Source: Trichoplax sp. H2
Lineage: Eukaryota
Direction of reading: 5' to 3'
Assembly: GCA_003344405.1 (NCBI GenBank)
Contig: NOWV01000284.1
Coordinates: 1 to 64,000, forward strand
Length of the DNA stretch: 64,000 nt
A program made the translations under genes and the position numbers. This document shows positions 15,511 through 29,000 of the stretch, one piece after another. The notes beneath the pieces are model-generated. The model was given only the letters and a program-made list of their open reading frames with translations, was not told the origin of the DNA and did not search any database. How positions within the stretch are numbered: position 1 is the stretch's first letter; every line of letters begins with the position of its first letter.

Positions 15511-18022
15511 AGCAAATCATTTATCTAATACAAATAATCGACATCATGTGCCTATCGTGACACATGCTGTAAAGTTATACGCAGACCTTACTCATCACTT
15601 AGCTAATGTACAAAGATTGTACATATTACGCTACCGTAGGGGATAAAAATACTGCATTGCCTGTATCTATAAGACGTTGTATGCTCGTATTTGTATATAT
15701 ATGTTATATATACACTCATATAATGGATATGCTGTATTTGTAAGTTTTTTTAATTTACATTATATTCGATCAATTCAATTATGTACAGTATCAAGCTTTA
15801 ATTTATACAGATATTGGATCATTATTTTATAGAATATGCTAATATGAAATAAAACGTTTCGGACAACTTTATTTACACTAATGGTTTTATGCACTTACTC
15901 TAAAGTGAATTGGATCGTAACTAGTAGAGCTCAGGTTTACCAACCTAGTAAATTAATTAGCCTAACATGATGACTGGAAATACATTATAGGAGAGAGTGA
16001 ATTCAGTGTGTAGAGATTGCAGTACTACGTAGAAGGCTCAAAAGGCTTTTGCAAATATCTAATTCGAACCAATTAATAAGATTCTTCAGTTTTATACCTC
16101 ATCGGATGATGAACAAAATAGTTCATCGTAAAAGGCCGTAAGTTCATTGCTTGTTTGCAGTAATCCTTTAAGTTAAAAGATTGTTACAAATGTAATAAAT
16201 TAGCTAGTAAGACTTGTTTCAAAGTATTGGACCTAATCGCTTTATGGATATCGAAAACTTTAGGCATCGCTAAAATCCTTACTCGATAAAGTCTAATCGC
16301 TAATGTTGTGCCTTGCAGAGGTATAGATTCTGTTAAAATTTATGGGTGAATTACGCCGTATTTTTTATATTGCTTGTGATGAGTTGATTTAACACTTAAC
16401 GTAGCATTAATGAATTACCTCCAACATTTTACAATGGCGCTATTTTTAAAATGATCGTTATTTCATAGATTGTGAGATTTGTAATAGCACACAACTAGAT
16501 GCTTCATTTAATTAACTCACAAATTATGGTAACACTATACTTAGTACGAATAACCGAAGATTGTTGAGGGATATAGGAAATTGATTTAATTTAGTGCTAT
16601 CCAATACACACGTATAGAAAAATTGCACTAGTCTGAATAATCCTATTAGCTGGAAAATACCTATACGAACGTTATTTGACTCTTAAAATTCCTTTTACCA
16701 ACTGAGTATTAAAAATTTGATCAGTTTTGCAAGTAAGATTCAGGTTTTATAAGATCAAAGTTAAGCTCTACAGACTAGCTATGGGTTATACCGTACTTAA
16801 ATAAATTTTAACTATTACCTATTACAACTATCAACCGGATTTCATTCAGAAAAGACAAATATCTTGTCTATTTCATCATTAATGATGAATTCATTTCCAT
16901 AACTTATCAGAAGAGAATAAACCCTTAAAGAACATATTTTTAGGTCGAATTACCGTAACTAAATCAGAAAAACAATAGTAAAGATAATCCTCAAAGGAAT
17001 ATTGATCTATACCCTCAAGGTAAATTCTACAACTCGTATTACATGTTAAAATTTCATAAAATAATGATTCAATTACATTTATTACATAATATTCTTACAT
17101 ATTAATTGTCGAAGTACGATTAAGATAAATTGAATTTGCAGTTCTCTTTATAAAATTCCTTTACCGTCTGTCCGAGGTAGCTGCTGATTGACAAAAGATT
17201 AATTTATCAAGCATATGTTATAGCTAGCCATATTACTTGTGAATGGTCTAAGTAATGCAAGACGATTCTGTATTCTTCTTATGCGTTAATTTGTACGTTG
17301 AAGAATATAACTCTAGATTTCATGGCTTCCTTTTTATTTTACATGGGTCCTAAATAAAAACTAGGAGATAAAGACTTCTTTTACGATTAACCAACGGTAT
17401 CATTAATAATAAATATTTTACTTGAGGCGATCCTATTCAACAGTGAATCAAATTGTGTATCAAAATCCTTCAAGTAAACTTGTTTTATGTCCGTTATTCA
17501 AGCATACAATGAATGGTAGCCACTTCTTGGAAACTGTTCAAGCATAAGCACAATTGATATCTTTCGATCCAATACGAGCTTCTTTATCAATAATTAATTA
17601 TCCTATATCATTTTACTTAAATTTTTTTTACAGTTTTCTCATTTACCATATATATGTAATAAGTTTAATGTAAAAACTTCACATTAAAGTGGTCTACCAG
17701 CATCATAAACCTTAGGAAAGTTTCAGTCGTTGCGCGACTAGAATATTTGCCAGAAACATTGAAGAAATTAAGGTAAAATTTCGTTACTTCAAATACACAG
17801 CACTGTTCTACCTTCATAGTTTATTAATTATCCAATACTAAGAAGATCAAAGTAGCTAACAGCAAGTAAATTAGTATTCCAGTATCTTCTACTCGCCATC
17901 AAACAATGTCTACGGTTATACGTGTAGCATAAGGCTTTTAAATTAACTCTTTAAATTGCACAAGTCATATTTTATCACGTTCAACACATATATAACATTA
18001 AAAATTTTACTGCTCCAAATAT

Positions 18023-18607
18023 ACTCTCCTGCTTTATATATTCCCAATTTATACGAATTAAAAAAGCTAAAGCAGTTTAAGTAATATAAAAATCAATCTA
18101 TCGCTCAGCTATAGATGCTAATCTTGTATATTAGCTTTGTTTTATAGATCAGCATAGTTGTAACCGACATTTTAAATTACGATAGATCAAGCTTACTTAA
18201 CTTTATCTTGTCATAATTTCATATTTGATAGCAGTTTCAGAAACTTTTTGCCGTAAGAGTTTTCTTCAATAGAAATTCCGGTAGTCATGCAATGTACCGC
18301 TTTGGATAGTTCACACTCGGATAGTACACTCTCCTGCTTTATATATTTTCAACTTATGCGAACCAAAAAGGCTAAAGTAGTTTAATTAGTATGAAAACTA
18401 TCTATCGTTCAGCTTTGGATGGCAATCCTGTAATATCAGCTTTATATGGTAGATCAGCATAATTGTAATCGACTCTTCAAGTTACGATAGATCAAGCTTA
18501 ATTATATACTGTTATAATTACACACTTGATAGCAATTTCAGAAACTTTTACCGTAAGAGTTTCCTGCAACGGAAATTTCGGCAATCACTACATTTACCGC
18601 TTTGATA
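18023..18607. repeat. Diverged tandem duplication, ~305 bp period
   Basis: ACTCTCCTGCTTTATATATT...AGATCAGCATA..TTACGATAGATCAAGCTTA...TTTCAGAAACTTTT..CCGTAAGAGTTT...ACCGCTTTG occurs from 18023 and again from 18328. Confidence 0.9.
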
Positions 18608-18680
18608 CTCGATTTCAAGGATATATAAGAAATAATATTCTCACCTAATATACTACACTCTAGCTTGAAGGACAGAAGAA

Positions 18681-21600
18681 ATGATGGAACAGCTATTGTA
18701 TAATTTTGAAAAGAGGAAGACTTTTCTTAAAGGATTATTCGAACAAACTCTTCAATTTATTAGTAAAATGAGTGAATTTGAGCAAACACAACTACAAGAA
18801 AATTTAGGCGATTATCGTGCAATACTACAAGGGCATATTACTTCTTTGCAAAATCATCAGCATCCTGTACTTCTTATTGGTAAGTATTTATTCTGACTAA
18901 ACTTATAGAAGTAGACATGATTTAATTGATAGCCGTAATATTTTTGCTGGAATGAATTAATAAATGTGATCGATAACATCATGTACCCTTCTATAGGTGA
19001 ATATTTGTACTGTTGATATGAGATGCTTGTATAATTAAAGTAATGACTGTAATGTTAGCCAAAACTGATTCACTCTTCAGATGCCAAAAGCAAATACAAT
19101 TTAATTAATAAATTACTTATCGTAGGCGATGATTGTCAAGGCAAGAAAGATCTAATCGAATTATTAATCCACTGCAAATGTGCTGCGCTGAATCAAATTT
19201 ATGACCGCAGATTTTGTTATTTACTAAGTTATAATTCTGAAAGATATGTACAAATTGAGCGATGGATCGAAAAAGAAGTTGAAACTACAGCCACCAATAT
19301 CTTTTTAGACAATGAAGATGACGACGATGAAAGGTTTCTTCAACAAATTGATCAATATATGACAAAATATGAAAAGGATATTGCTATTATTAAAATTTAT
19401 TGGCCGATAGACGCATTAAAGTGTGGTATTCAATATGTTTCATTTCCCTGGTCCATTAGTTTACCTGTCGTTTCCGATCTCTTTATAAAGTGCCTTTCTA
19501 ATGCTTTCGGTGTCATTTTTGTGCTACAAATTGATCAAAATATAATCGTGGACATAACAAAAGTATTCTAAAATCATGATATTCGAATGCTATTTGATGG
19601 TTATAAAATGGCATTGAAGATAGGATATACTAATTATTAATAATACTATTTCTCTTTTAAAATAGGTCAATAAAATCCTACAGCAAGTATGGCATCGAGA
19701 GAAAGCAACACTAGGATACTTTTTACCTGATTCAACTATATTTATATGTAACACTAAGGCAGAAGGTTTGGAGGGACATGATATAAAAGCTAAAAAAGAT
19801 TGCTTCTATCAAAAAATGGATCATTATTGGCCTAATTGTTCATTACAACAATTTCTAGTGGTTAATATAACTAATGCTGTACAAGATTATCATCTGGGAA
19901 TTGTCAGCCAAGAATATCACGATATTATAATGCAACTACAAGTCTTTCTTCCGTATAATTTAACGTATAAACTTGAGCTTTTCAGTAGGTATGTCGTCAC
20001 CGGTTAATATTAATAATATCTTTAGATGCTATAAGGAGCCTAGTTATTCATTTTGCTATGCTATCAGTAGGAAATTGAGTCATTTTTGTGCATATACATT
20101 ATTGCTAGACCATCATAATAATGTTTCTAGATTCCACATGGAATCTAGTCATTTATTTTGTTATGCTATTAGTGGGAAATTGAGTCGTTTTCGTACAAAT
20201 ACAACATTGCCAGATCTTCATAATAATATTTCTAGATGCCATAGGGAAGCTAGTCATTTATTTTGTTATGGTCTTAGTAGAAAATTGGATAGATTTCATG
20301 CACATACAGTATTGCCACACCATCATAATAATAATTCTAGATGCCATAGGGTACCTAGTCATTTATTTTGTTATCCTATTTTTAGAATATTGAGTAGGCT
20401 TCGTGCAGATACCATATTGCCATGCCATTACATTATTACCTAATACAACATCTTACACTTGACAACATAAAAATGCCACGATAATATAAGATCAAATATT
20501 AGCTATATCGCATACCCCAAAATCATAAGAAAACTATATTGATTTATGCATAATATACCAAGATATGCATAATATCGTATATAACTCTACGTAGAATTAA
20601 ACGTCTTATACCATTAATGATGCTTTTTGTATAATATACCTATTGTCTATGATTAAGTGAGATAATCATTGGATATGAGACTTCCCATTAAGTATTGCTA
20701 CTATTTAATAAAGACTGATATGTAAGTACAGTATATAATATTACTCAGTAATCTCCATCAAATAGTTATCGATGCGGCCGTAACATCAGATATTCTATCT
20801 TGACTAGTTAAATGTATCGCGTACGATGATGGATACATTTTATTTCTATAATGTTAATCAGATTAAAGTTAATATGCATCAATCATCACTTATATTAGAA
20901 ATCGCTCTAAATTACTGTGGCTTAAAATATTTCAAATATCTTTAAACTGCAATTAACATACTCTACTCATATATATATATATATAAATACTTAATTATTA
21001 GTACTTATAATCTATGTACAGTAACAAACTCTTCTTGTCATCGTATTATCTGATGGTATAATATTTTTTTCTCCTTTTAGATGGCTACAATATCTGTTGA
21101 GTAGAATTTCGTATAATTACCACTTTCAGTATGTCATGAGCAGGAAATCATTGGAATCAAGGAAGTTAATTGCTAGTGAACTACAAGCTCGATTAAATAA
21201 CATTGAGATGATGACCAGCAAAGACGATATAATAAGGCAATTAAACACTAATATAGTATTTCGACAAGAAGAAGTTTTACGTGACCTTTGGAAATTTATT
21301 CAATCTGACGATGATATTACTTATATACTACAAGAATCGTTAACAGACAAGATTACAAATGACGAAAATATAACGTATCATGAGTTAATTCAGCTTGCCA
21401 AGACCACAATGACATCGATCATTATAGGAAGGGAAGATATACAAGATTACTTCAATCAATTAGGCTATTACTTAATCCAACAGTACAAGAAGAAATTATT
21501 TCGTATGCAATCTTTACTAGAGAATTTTGAACGAGGCTCATTATGTAATTTAGATATCTTACAGGATTATGACGAAAACAAATTTCTCTATGATGATCAA

Positions 21601-23965
21601 TATACGACTCAAGAGAAGGTTATCTTTGATCTAATATCTCCATTATGGGTACCTAGCCGTTTTTCCACCAATTTAATTCAGTCAATAGAAGAAATAGATG
21701 ATGATGAAGTCAATGAAATTATAGCCAATTATTGTCAACATTTTGATAGTGAAAAATTGATTAAAGAAAAATTAATAGTATGGTTCAAGGCTAAAGTTAT
21801 CTCCATTATGGAAGATTCGTTCCAGCGATCTAAAGTTATTGAGGCTATGACTATGATGATGAAACCTGTCATTGATTCGTTTGATAATTATTTCAGTATT
21901 TTACCAACGTTATTCCAATTCTATCGCAATTTACTTCAGCATATACTATCGGATGATAATCATACCGAAAATGTTCCTAACGGAAATGATTCATCCAATC
22001 AATTACTAACAATCAATCAGCATCTATCAAGGCTTGTCATGCTATTTAATGTCAGATATGTACGACAAGCTGAATTCAATCCTAATCAATTAGTTGGTTA
22101 TGATGAAAATTATTCATTTGATCATAATTCTACAGCTGCTTATTCTACTTGTCAATTACGGAATAAGGATGTTCAGTTCTTGCCTATAACATTGAAGATA
22201 TTTAATCGCAAGGTATCAAGCAGAAATATTATTAAACTATTAAGTGAAGAAGAAGCTTTACGGTAAGCTTAGGATAATATTGAATCAATAACTTTAGAGC
22301 TGAATCGAGTAATTTAAAATTGAATTGCCTATTTTTAATCCAATTTTACAAGTTATAAATGTTTCCTAGCATTATTAAGCTAGCCTAGAGCGAAGTAGAA
22401 AGATGTATATCTAATAAAGTGATTAAATTATATTCTATTGTCAAAAGTACCTTTAATAAATAAAAAAAAATTGGAGAGATTTTTTAATGCTACAGCCTCC
22501 AAATCTAAAAAAATCATATGGCTAATTTATCGACAAATGACATATTTTTAACATTTTTTAGAAAGCTAAATCATAAAAATATTTTAACATTTTATGGCCT
22601 TGTATCATTGGAAGATCGTGTCAACAACTTTACGATGGCTTGTGAGATTTGTCACTGTTCGTTGAAGAAATTCTTCGATTTCCAAAATGATTGCATCCCT
22701 GCAGATTTTCCCTTCCGATATAATAAACAACAATGTGCCTACAGGAAAATTAAAATTTTTGCATTACAAATAGCAGCTGGTTTGTGCTATATCCATAATG
22801 CGTGCTATGTCCATCCGGATCTTTACTTGGATAATATTCTGGTAAGTAATCCGAGAATATATTTATCAAGTAAATATTACTATTGACTTGTTATAGATCC
22901 TATTTGGAGAATTTTATCTAGGATTAATGGAAATACAGTAACATTTTTATCGATCAGAAGATGATTAAAATTTATCTCCTATTGCATTTGATATCAATTT
23001 TTAAATTAGTCCAGCTTGTTTTTGACAGCAGTATAGCAATGACCAGTTCCTAATCAAGCTTAGTTTCTTACATCATATCTTACTGAAAATCGTAGTCTAC
23101 TAATCTAATTTAGTAAGTTATCAAAGAATGTAATTTTTAAGTAAGTACCATTACTGACTTGTTATAGATCCTATTTGGAAATACAGTAATATTTATATTA
23201 ATCAGAAAGATGATTGAAGTTTATCTACTTTTGTATAGCAAAGTGTAAATTAGTCTAGCTAATTTTTTAATAGTAGTATAGTAATGACCTATTCCTAATT
23301 AAGCTTGTTATTTCATACTGTATCTTGTTAATCGTTAGTTAATTTTATAAAAGCCTAGTCTACTAATCTAGATATTTACGTAAAATATGAATTGGATTGG
23401 CAGAATTGCATAGCAAACGATACAAATACGTATAATAAATATGAGTACTATTTGTTTGTGATATTGAATTAGTTAATCTTGGATATTTAGTTCATAACTA
23501 TTTGTAATCAAATCTGCTCACTTTGCTTAATAGCTAAGCATCGATAACACTATCAAGTTATGTGATCCAAGCGTAGTTTTTCAATCTGCATCCATCGATT
23601 CGATCAAGAATAGTCTACTACCAATCTATCCAGCTCCAGAATATTTAGCTGGTAACGTATATAACCATAAATGCGATATGTACCATTATGGCTTAATACT
23701 ACATGAAATGTGGTACAACAAACCATTAATAGACTTATCCAATTCGGCTAGTCTATCGAAAGATACTGTAGACAAGCTACTTCAAGGTGTTAATCCCGAT
23801 TTTAGTATTTATCCTCCACCTCCTGATTTATGGCAATACATCATTACTAAATGTCTTCAATTTGATCCTAATGAGCGGTTATCGTCTAGTGAATGCTATA
23901 AAGCATTACAATATCGTAGCGATTATGAAGATCCCGAAGAAACGACCTCTCCAATCATCTGCTAG
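18681..23965 (+). CDS. Paralog A: degenerate dynamin-like GTPase + helical region + atypical/pseudo protein kinase (DSTYK-like architecture), at least 950 aa
   Basis: Exons 18681-18879, 19126-19562, 19666-19988, 21081-22262, 22562-22841, 23534-23965; phases compatible, no internal stop. G1-like VLLIGDDCQGKKDLIELL; kinase ITLK, EEEALRKLNHKNILTFYG, HPDLYLDN, KLCDPS, APE, DMYHYGLILHEMWY. The 5' end is uncertain: phase-compatible upstream exons may end at ~16137 and lie at 17716-17772, joining at 18671. Confidence 0.85.
20011..20437. repeat. Intronic tandem repeat, 4 x 105 bp
   Basis: TAATAAT...TAGAT...TAGTCATTTATTTTGTTATG... units start at 20011, 20116, 20221 and 20326, with no indels apparent. 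Confidence 0.92.
22877..23370. repeat. Intronic diverged tandem duplication, ~270 bp period
   Basis: GACTTGTTATAGATCCTATTTGGA...GGAAATACAGTAA...TAGTCTACTAATCTA occurs twice (from ~22885 and ~23156). Confidence 0.85.
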
Positions 23966-24376
23966 TTAGGAAAATTTGGAAATGGATACTTTTCTTATTG
24001 GAATTTTCCCTACTGTCTCATATCTTCATCTATTAATCATTTAACACTGCCGAAATAAATTGAATTATTATCATCAAGATACTAGTTTTTTTAACGACCT
24101 ATAAGTGAACAAGTTATATAGCAGCGATTGAATACCGCCAAGTAATTCAATCTCCTGGACATCTTTAAAGATCTATTCGTTGATATGATTTAGAGTATTC
24201 TTATTCTTTACTGTAGCTGAAATATTCATGTGTCAGCTACGATACTGAATACTACCAAAATATTCTCATAAAATGATAATAAAAATTTTATTGAAGCGTG
24301 ATCACAAGAATCAAGATTTAAAAATCGAAGCAGGTTTAATAGCCCTGTAAGGATCTACAATAGTACTTTAAATCAG

Positions 24377-24790
24377 AATGACATTAAAATTTTTTGCCAA
24401 CAATTCAATACTAGCTCCGATATTAATTTAGCAAGTCATATAATTAATATTCTACACGTTTATCCTTATTCATTAATAATTAAAAATAGGATGGTATCAT
24501 CCAGGTATAGCACATTTTGCCATGAGTGCGATATCGTAATTTCTTTGGCACGAATGAAATAGTAACCTTAAAATCGATTATTTAAGAATGACCGAAATTC
24601 TTTGACAAAAAATTATATTCTAGCTTTAATATTAATTAAACTAGTCTTATAATTAATATTATGTATGCTTATCCTTATTTAATAATTTAAATAGGATTGT
24701 GTCATCAGGATAAAGTACATTCTGTCATAAATACGATGTTGTCATTTCTTTGATATAAATGAAACCTTAACTTCATTATCGATTATTTAA
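24377..24790. repeat. Intergenic diverged tandem duplication, ~210 bp period
   Basis: AATGAC...TATAATTAATATT...TTATCCTTATT...AAATAGGAT...ATTTCTTTG...AATGAAA...ATCGATTATTTAA occurs twice. Confidence 0.8.
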
Positions 24791-25616
24791 TTAATATTGT
24801 ACATGATTGTAATTGCTTAGTAATGTACGATCATAAATTTTATAACTTTTTATTAATTAGGATTTTATCCGGTTCAAATAATACAATTTCTGAGTATAAA
24901 GTTAATACTAATATCTGTCATTTAAATATGCAATGCAAATTCGCACTTTACCTCACAGTAAATCAAAGCGAATTAGAATAATTTGCTTCACGCTTCATAC
25001 GTCTGTTGCAGTGGCAGATACGGATATTCATAGGTACTAAGAATTTTTATTATTACGAATTTTTGGCTAGACCCAGTAACATGAGACTTTAATTAATTGT
25101 TAAATTAAAGTTGTTACTTTTGACTATTCTCTATTCAAATTATTTCAATTTGTTCACCAAAATTTACGCAAAACATCTCCCGTCATTTATAGTGCCTGAT
25201 TATACTATTTCATAGTTAAAATACATTATTATCGTTAGATATTTATTTCTGTTTTATATCAGAATACAATTCCATTAAAAATCTCGATATAGCATCAGAA
25301 TATGACATTTTCTTAAAGTATTTGGATACCTTGAATGATTGCAACTAAAATTACGATTTGACCTAAATTGAATTGGTTATTCCAGGCATAGAATATGAGA
25401 TTATATATAGCGTAACCCGGTCTTCTAGAAATATTTCTCAAATAGCTTACAAAATCATAATATACAAAAGACGCATTCTAATCTTAAAAACACTATTAGT
25501 AACTACTTTATAGACATTTTCCTCAACTGGCTACTGTCTATGATTGACTACGTATATAATAAAACTTTGATTCTATACTCAAAAAGTAATAAATAAAATA
25601 GATTCAACTGTTACAT

Positions 25617-26010
25617 TTCTAGCCAGTAAATTCATTTTTAAGCTCTGCTCATAGAATACTATCTTCAACAGAGATGAATATTTTTTAGGCGTTTATCCAT
25701 CAGGTCGATGAATTTTTAGGATATCTCCACCTAGGCAGTGTGCTTCTAGCCAACCTATTTTGATTTTCAAGCTTCATTGATATTATCCTCAATTAAAATA
25801 AATATTTTTAAAGATGTATCTGTCAGGTTGATTGATTTTACGCTCTCATAACTATAGCTATATGCCATCAATTTCTAGCCAACATTATTTGATCCTATAC
25901 TCTGTAAATAATACTTTCATTTGAAGTTGATATTTTTTTAGGTGTATATCCGATGGATCGACTGATTTTACGCCCCCTTAACTGTGGTAATAAGTCATCA
26001 GTTTCTAGCA
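25617..26010. repeat. Diverged ~130 bp tandem repeat (3 units) overlapping the stop codon of paralog B
   Basis: TTCTAGC anchors near 25618, 25744, 25873 and 26003, with shared ATATTTTTT.AG..GT.T.TC and GATTTTACGC motifs. Confidence 0.7.
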
Positions 26011-29000
26011 TGGCAAGCTCTTCAAAACAGCCACGCAAAATACGAAAGCATTTTTCGCTTGATGGCCTACATTTTGGATTATTATCCCAACAGGATTGGA
26101 TCAAGTCTTTTAAATGGGTTTCAGGTTGGCATTCAGCATCCATCGATGGTCTATGACCATTAAGGATAAATTTGATCTCGAAATCTTGATTGAATGCCCT
26201 CTTGCCATACCACATTTCCCATAGCATTAAGCTAAAGCTATAAATATCGGCTTTGTGATTAATGAATTGCTTTTTAAATATTTCTGGCGCGCTATAAATA
26301 ATACTGTTACTGATAACATTGCTAGCCGTTGTTTTAGCTAAATTTGCTTGGCCAATTTCAGTTAACTTGACGATGAAATCTTCGTTAATCTAAAAGTTAC
26401 CATAGGATAAAAAAATACGGGTTACTAATACTTTTTGTGCTCTAAACGAAAAATATAATTATCCTTTGATGTCATATCGAGCTAAAGCTAAAGAATACGA
26501 ATTTTTATATCTGCTAATATGACAGATTTATGCCTTAGATGTGACATAAGAATACTTTTGACTATCTGAGCGTAACAAGTGGCGTAAATTAAGTAGAAAT
26601 CTAAAACTTTCATTGTTGCCCTGTCCAACAGACACTCTCACTATATAATTTATCCTGACAGCTAGATAGATATATGTCAGATGAAATTAGGCGTAGATAT
26701 GAGATCAGAGACTATAGCTTTAACGGATAATATGTATGATGATCTAAATTATAATAAGTAAAGTATGCAACGGAATATTTGCCTGTAGGACTATAACCAC
26801 TCACCAACACATTATCGAGCTTCAAGTCTCGATGGAGGTATCCGTTACGATGTAGAAATTGTAAACCATTAATAATTTGACTTGCTAAATTAAAAAATAA
26901 GAGGCGGGCCCGATATTTAGGATAGCCCGTGATCGTGAAATGGGACGGTATTAATTGATGATTGCTTTCCAAAAGAAATCTCAAATTATTTCGACAACTT
27001 TCTAGGAGCATATCGATTTGTAATTTAATGCCATATCGACGAATACTTCCATAATATTGGATGATATTTTTATGTTTCAATTTTCTAAATATACGGTATA
27101 GAAAGAACGTAAAAGATTAGCACAGAAATAGATTTTTATACTGATTAGAGTAATAAAATAACAATGAATTTTTAATGAATCTTAAGACTTTAACTTGCTG
27201 AAATAAGATACCATAAATATCGGGTTAACTACGCAAAAGAGTGTATGAAATTTATTTTCCCTCATCACCTTTCTAATATCTACTAAAATCTTTCTAATGC
27301 TGAAAGGTGCATATTTTGAAATATGTGTAGCATAATATTCAAGATAAAAGCGATCAATATTTAATAATTCCGTGGTAAAATGCTCAAAATGTGCTGAGAA
27401 TACCGATTAATCTTAGCAGCGTAGAACTATGGCATTGCTAGAACTATTTCCAATTATAAAATTTAGCAGTAGGTCAAAATTTAAGACTACGAAGGAATAT
27501 TGCTATCTAGTTTGGTCGTGATATCTAAATCCAATTTATTGACGCCATTTAAATATTTATTGCTGCAGAATGTACGGAGAAGTATTAGTATTTAGTTGCA
27601 CCAGATAAATACTTTATTTAGACTGTTTGCAATTGTTCAACGATGGTGGAGAAGCACCAAAATAAGTGTGAACAATATATTTCTGTATCTGTTAACAGGT
27701 GAATACGATGCCATTCTATATTTTAGTCGCGATGTTCAAGCACTATTGACCATTTTTGACTGTGTTGATTAACGAAAAACCGAAACTAGAGAATGTGTTG
27801 CATAATTTATCATAATTTGGCAACAATAATCGCTAACTGCAAAATGAAATAAATACTAGTTGAGCTATACACAGCTAGTAGAAGAAATTGATTCAACATT
27901 CACCTTTGCCAAGCTATGATCTAATTATTTTAGAATCATTCTCTCTAATTTACCTTAAAGCGTCGATTTCAATGAAATACTCAAAGGCATTATCCTTGCT
28001 AATATCGTCGTATAATCTTTTGATTAATAGTGGCTGTGAATTTGATTGATCAATCCTACCTGTACCATGATGGCATTGGCCAATAATACCAGTACCAATA
28101 ACAGTATCGACAGCAATGGTGTCGAGATCATTTCGACCATATCTATGAACATCATTTTCAATCGATAGAACGAAACAATAGGCCAAAGAACGTTGCAAAT
28201 TTTTAATATTGGCATTTGGTGTAATTAAATGGTCTCGATTGCCTTGGTTGCTAGTAGCAGAATAGTCTTGTTCTTGTATTAACCAAGCATAATATTCAGT
28301 TAGCTTAACGAAATCTTCCAACCATTCATGAAAGTGATAACCGATCGGGCGAAGTTCATGATTAATCATTTCTCGCTGAATGTTATCATCAGTGAAGTGA
28401 TGAAGAACTTTAGTAATACAAACTTTTATTCTATTGGAAGCAGGTTGCCCATCCATACTTTCTTGTAAGACTTGGATAAAATGCTGATGTTGAGCATTAA
28501 ATAAACCTAAACTTGTTGGATAATTAGCTTTCAGCAGGATTGGATGATTCAAGAAAAGATTAATTTTACTTGTAGTATTCGTAATGATGCACTGGCTTGG
28601 AATGAAATTGTTTAATGTTAACAAACTAATGTTGTCTTGAAGATCATTAAAACCAAGCATTAAACCTTCAAAATAATCAATTAATACTTTACTTTCGTCA
28701 TGAGATGATAGTAAATCTTTGATATAGTTTTGTTTCGCTACTAATAGTAATCTATTCTCAATTTCAAACTGTGTTACTTGCAAGTCAAGTTGATCTATGA
28801 CCATAGATAGAATATCTCGAAAATCAGTTACAGTTTGATTGCAAAGTAAGCTATATTTATCGAGAAAAGTTGAATTAGTCTCATTGATGAGCCGTAGTAA
28901 TTTTAAGTTTAGTAATTGTAGAAAATCTTGAGTATTAATTTTAACCGTTTCGGGTAGCATTGTTGGTTCACGTTTAGCATGAATCTTACGTAGAAAGCGC

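Noticed and set aside
18664..18680. Frameshift or stop at the 5' end of paralog A suggesting a pseudogene
   Set aside because: The strong-looking acceptor at 18663 leads to a stop, but it may be a 5' UTR acceptor, and an alternative acceptor at 18670 is in frame. The remaining 950 codons are intact.
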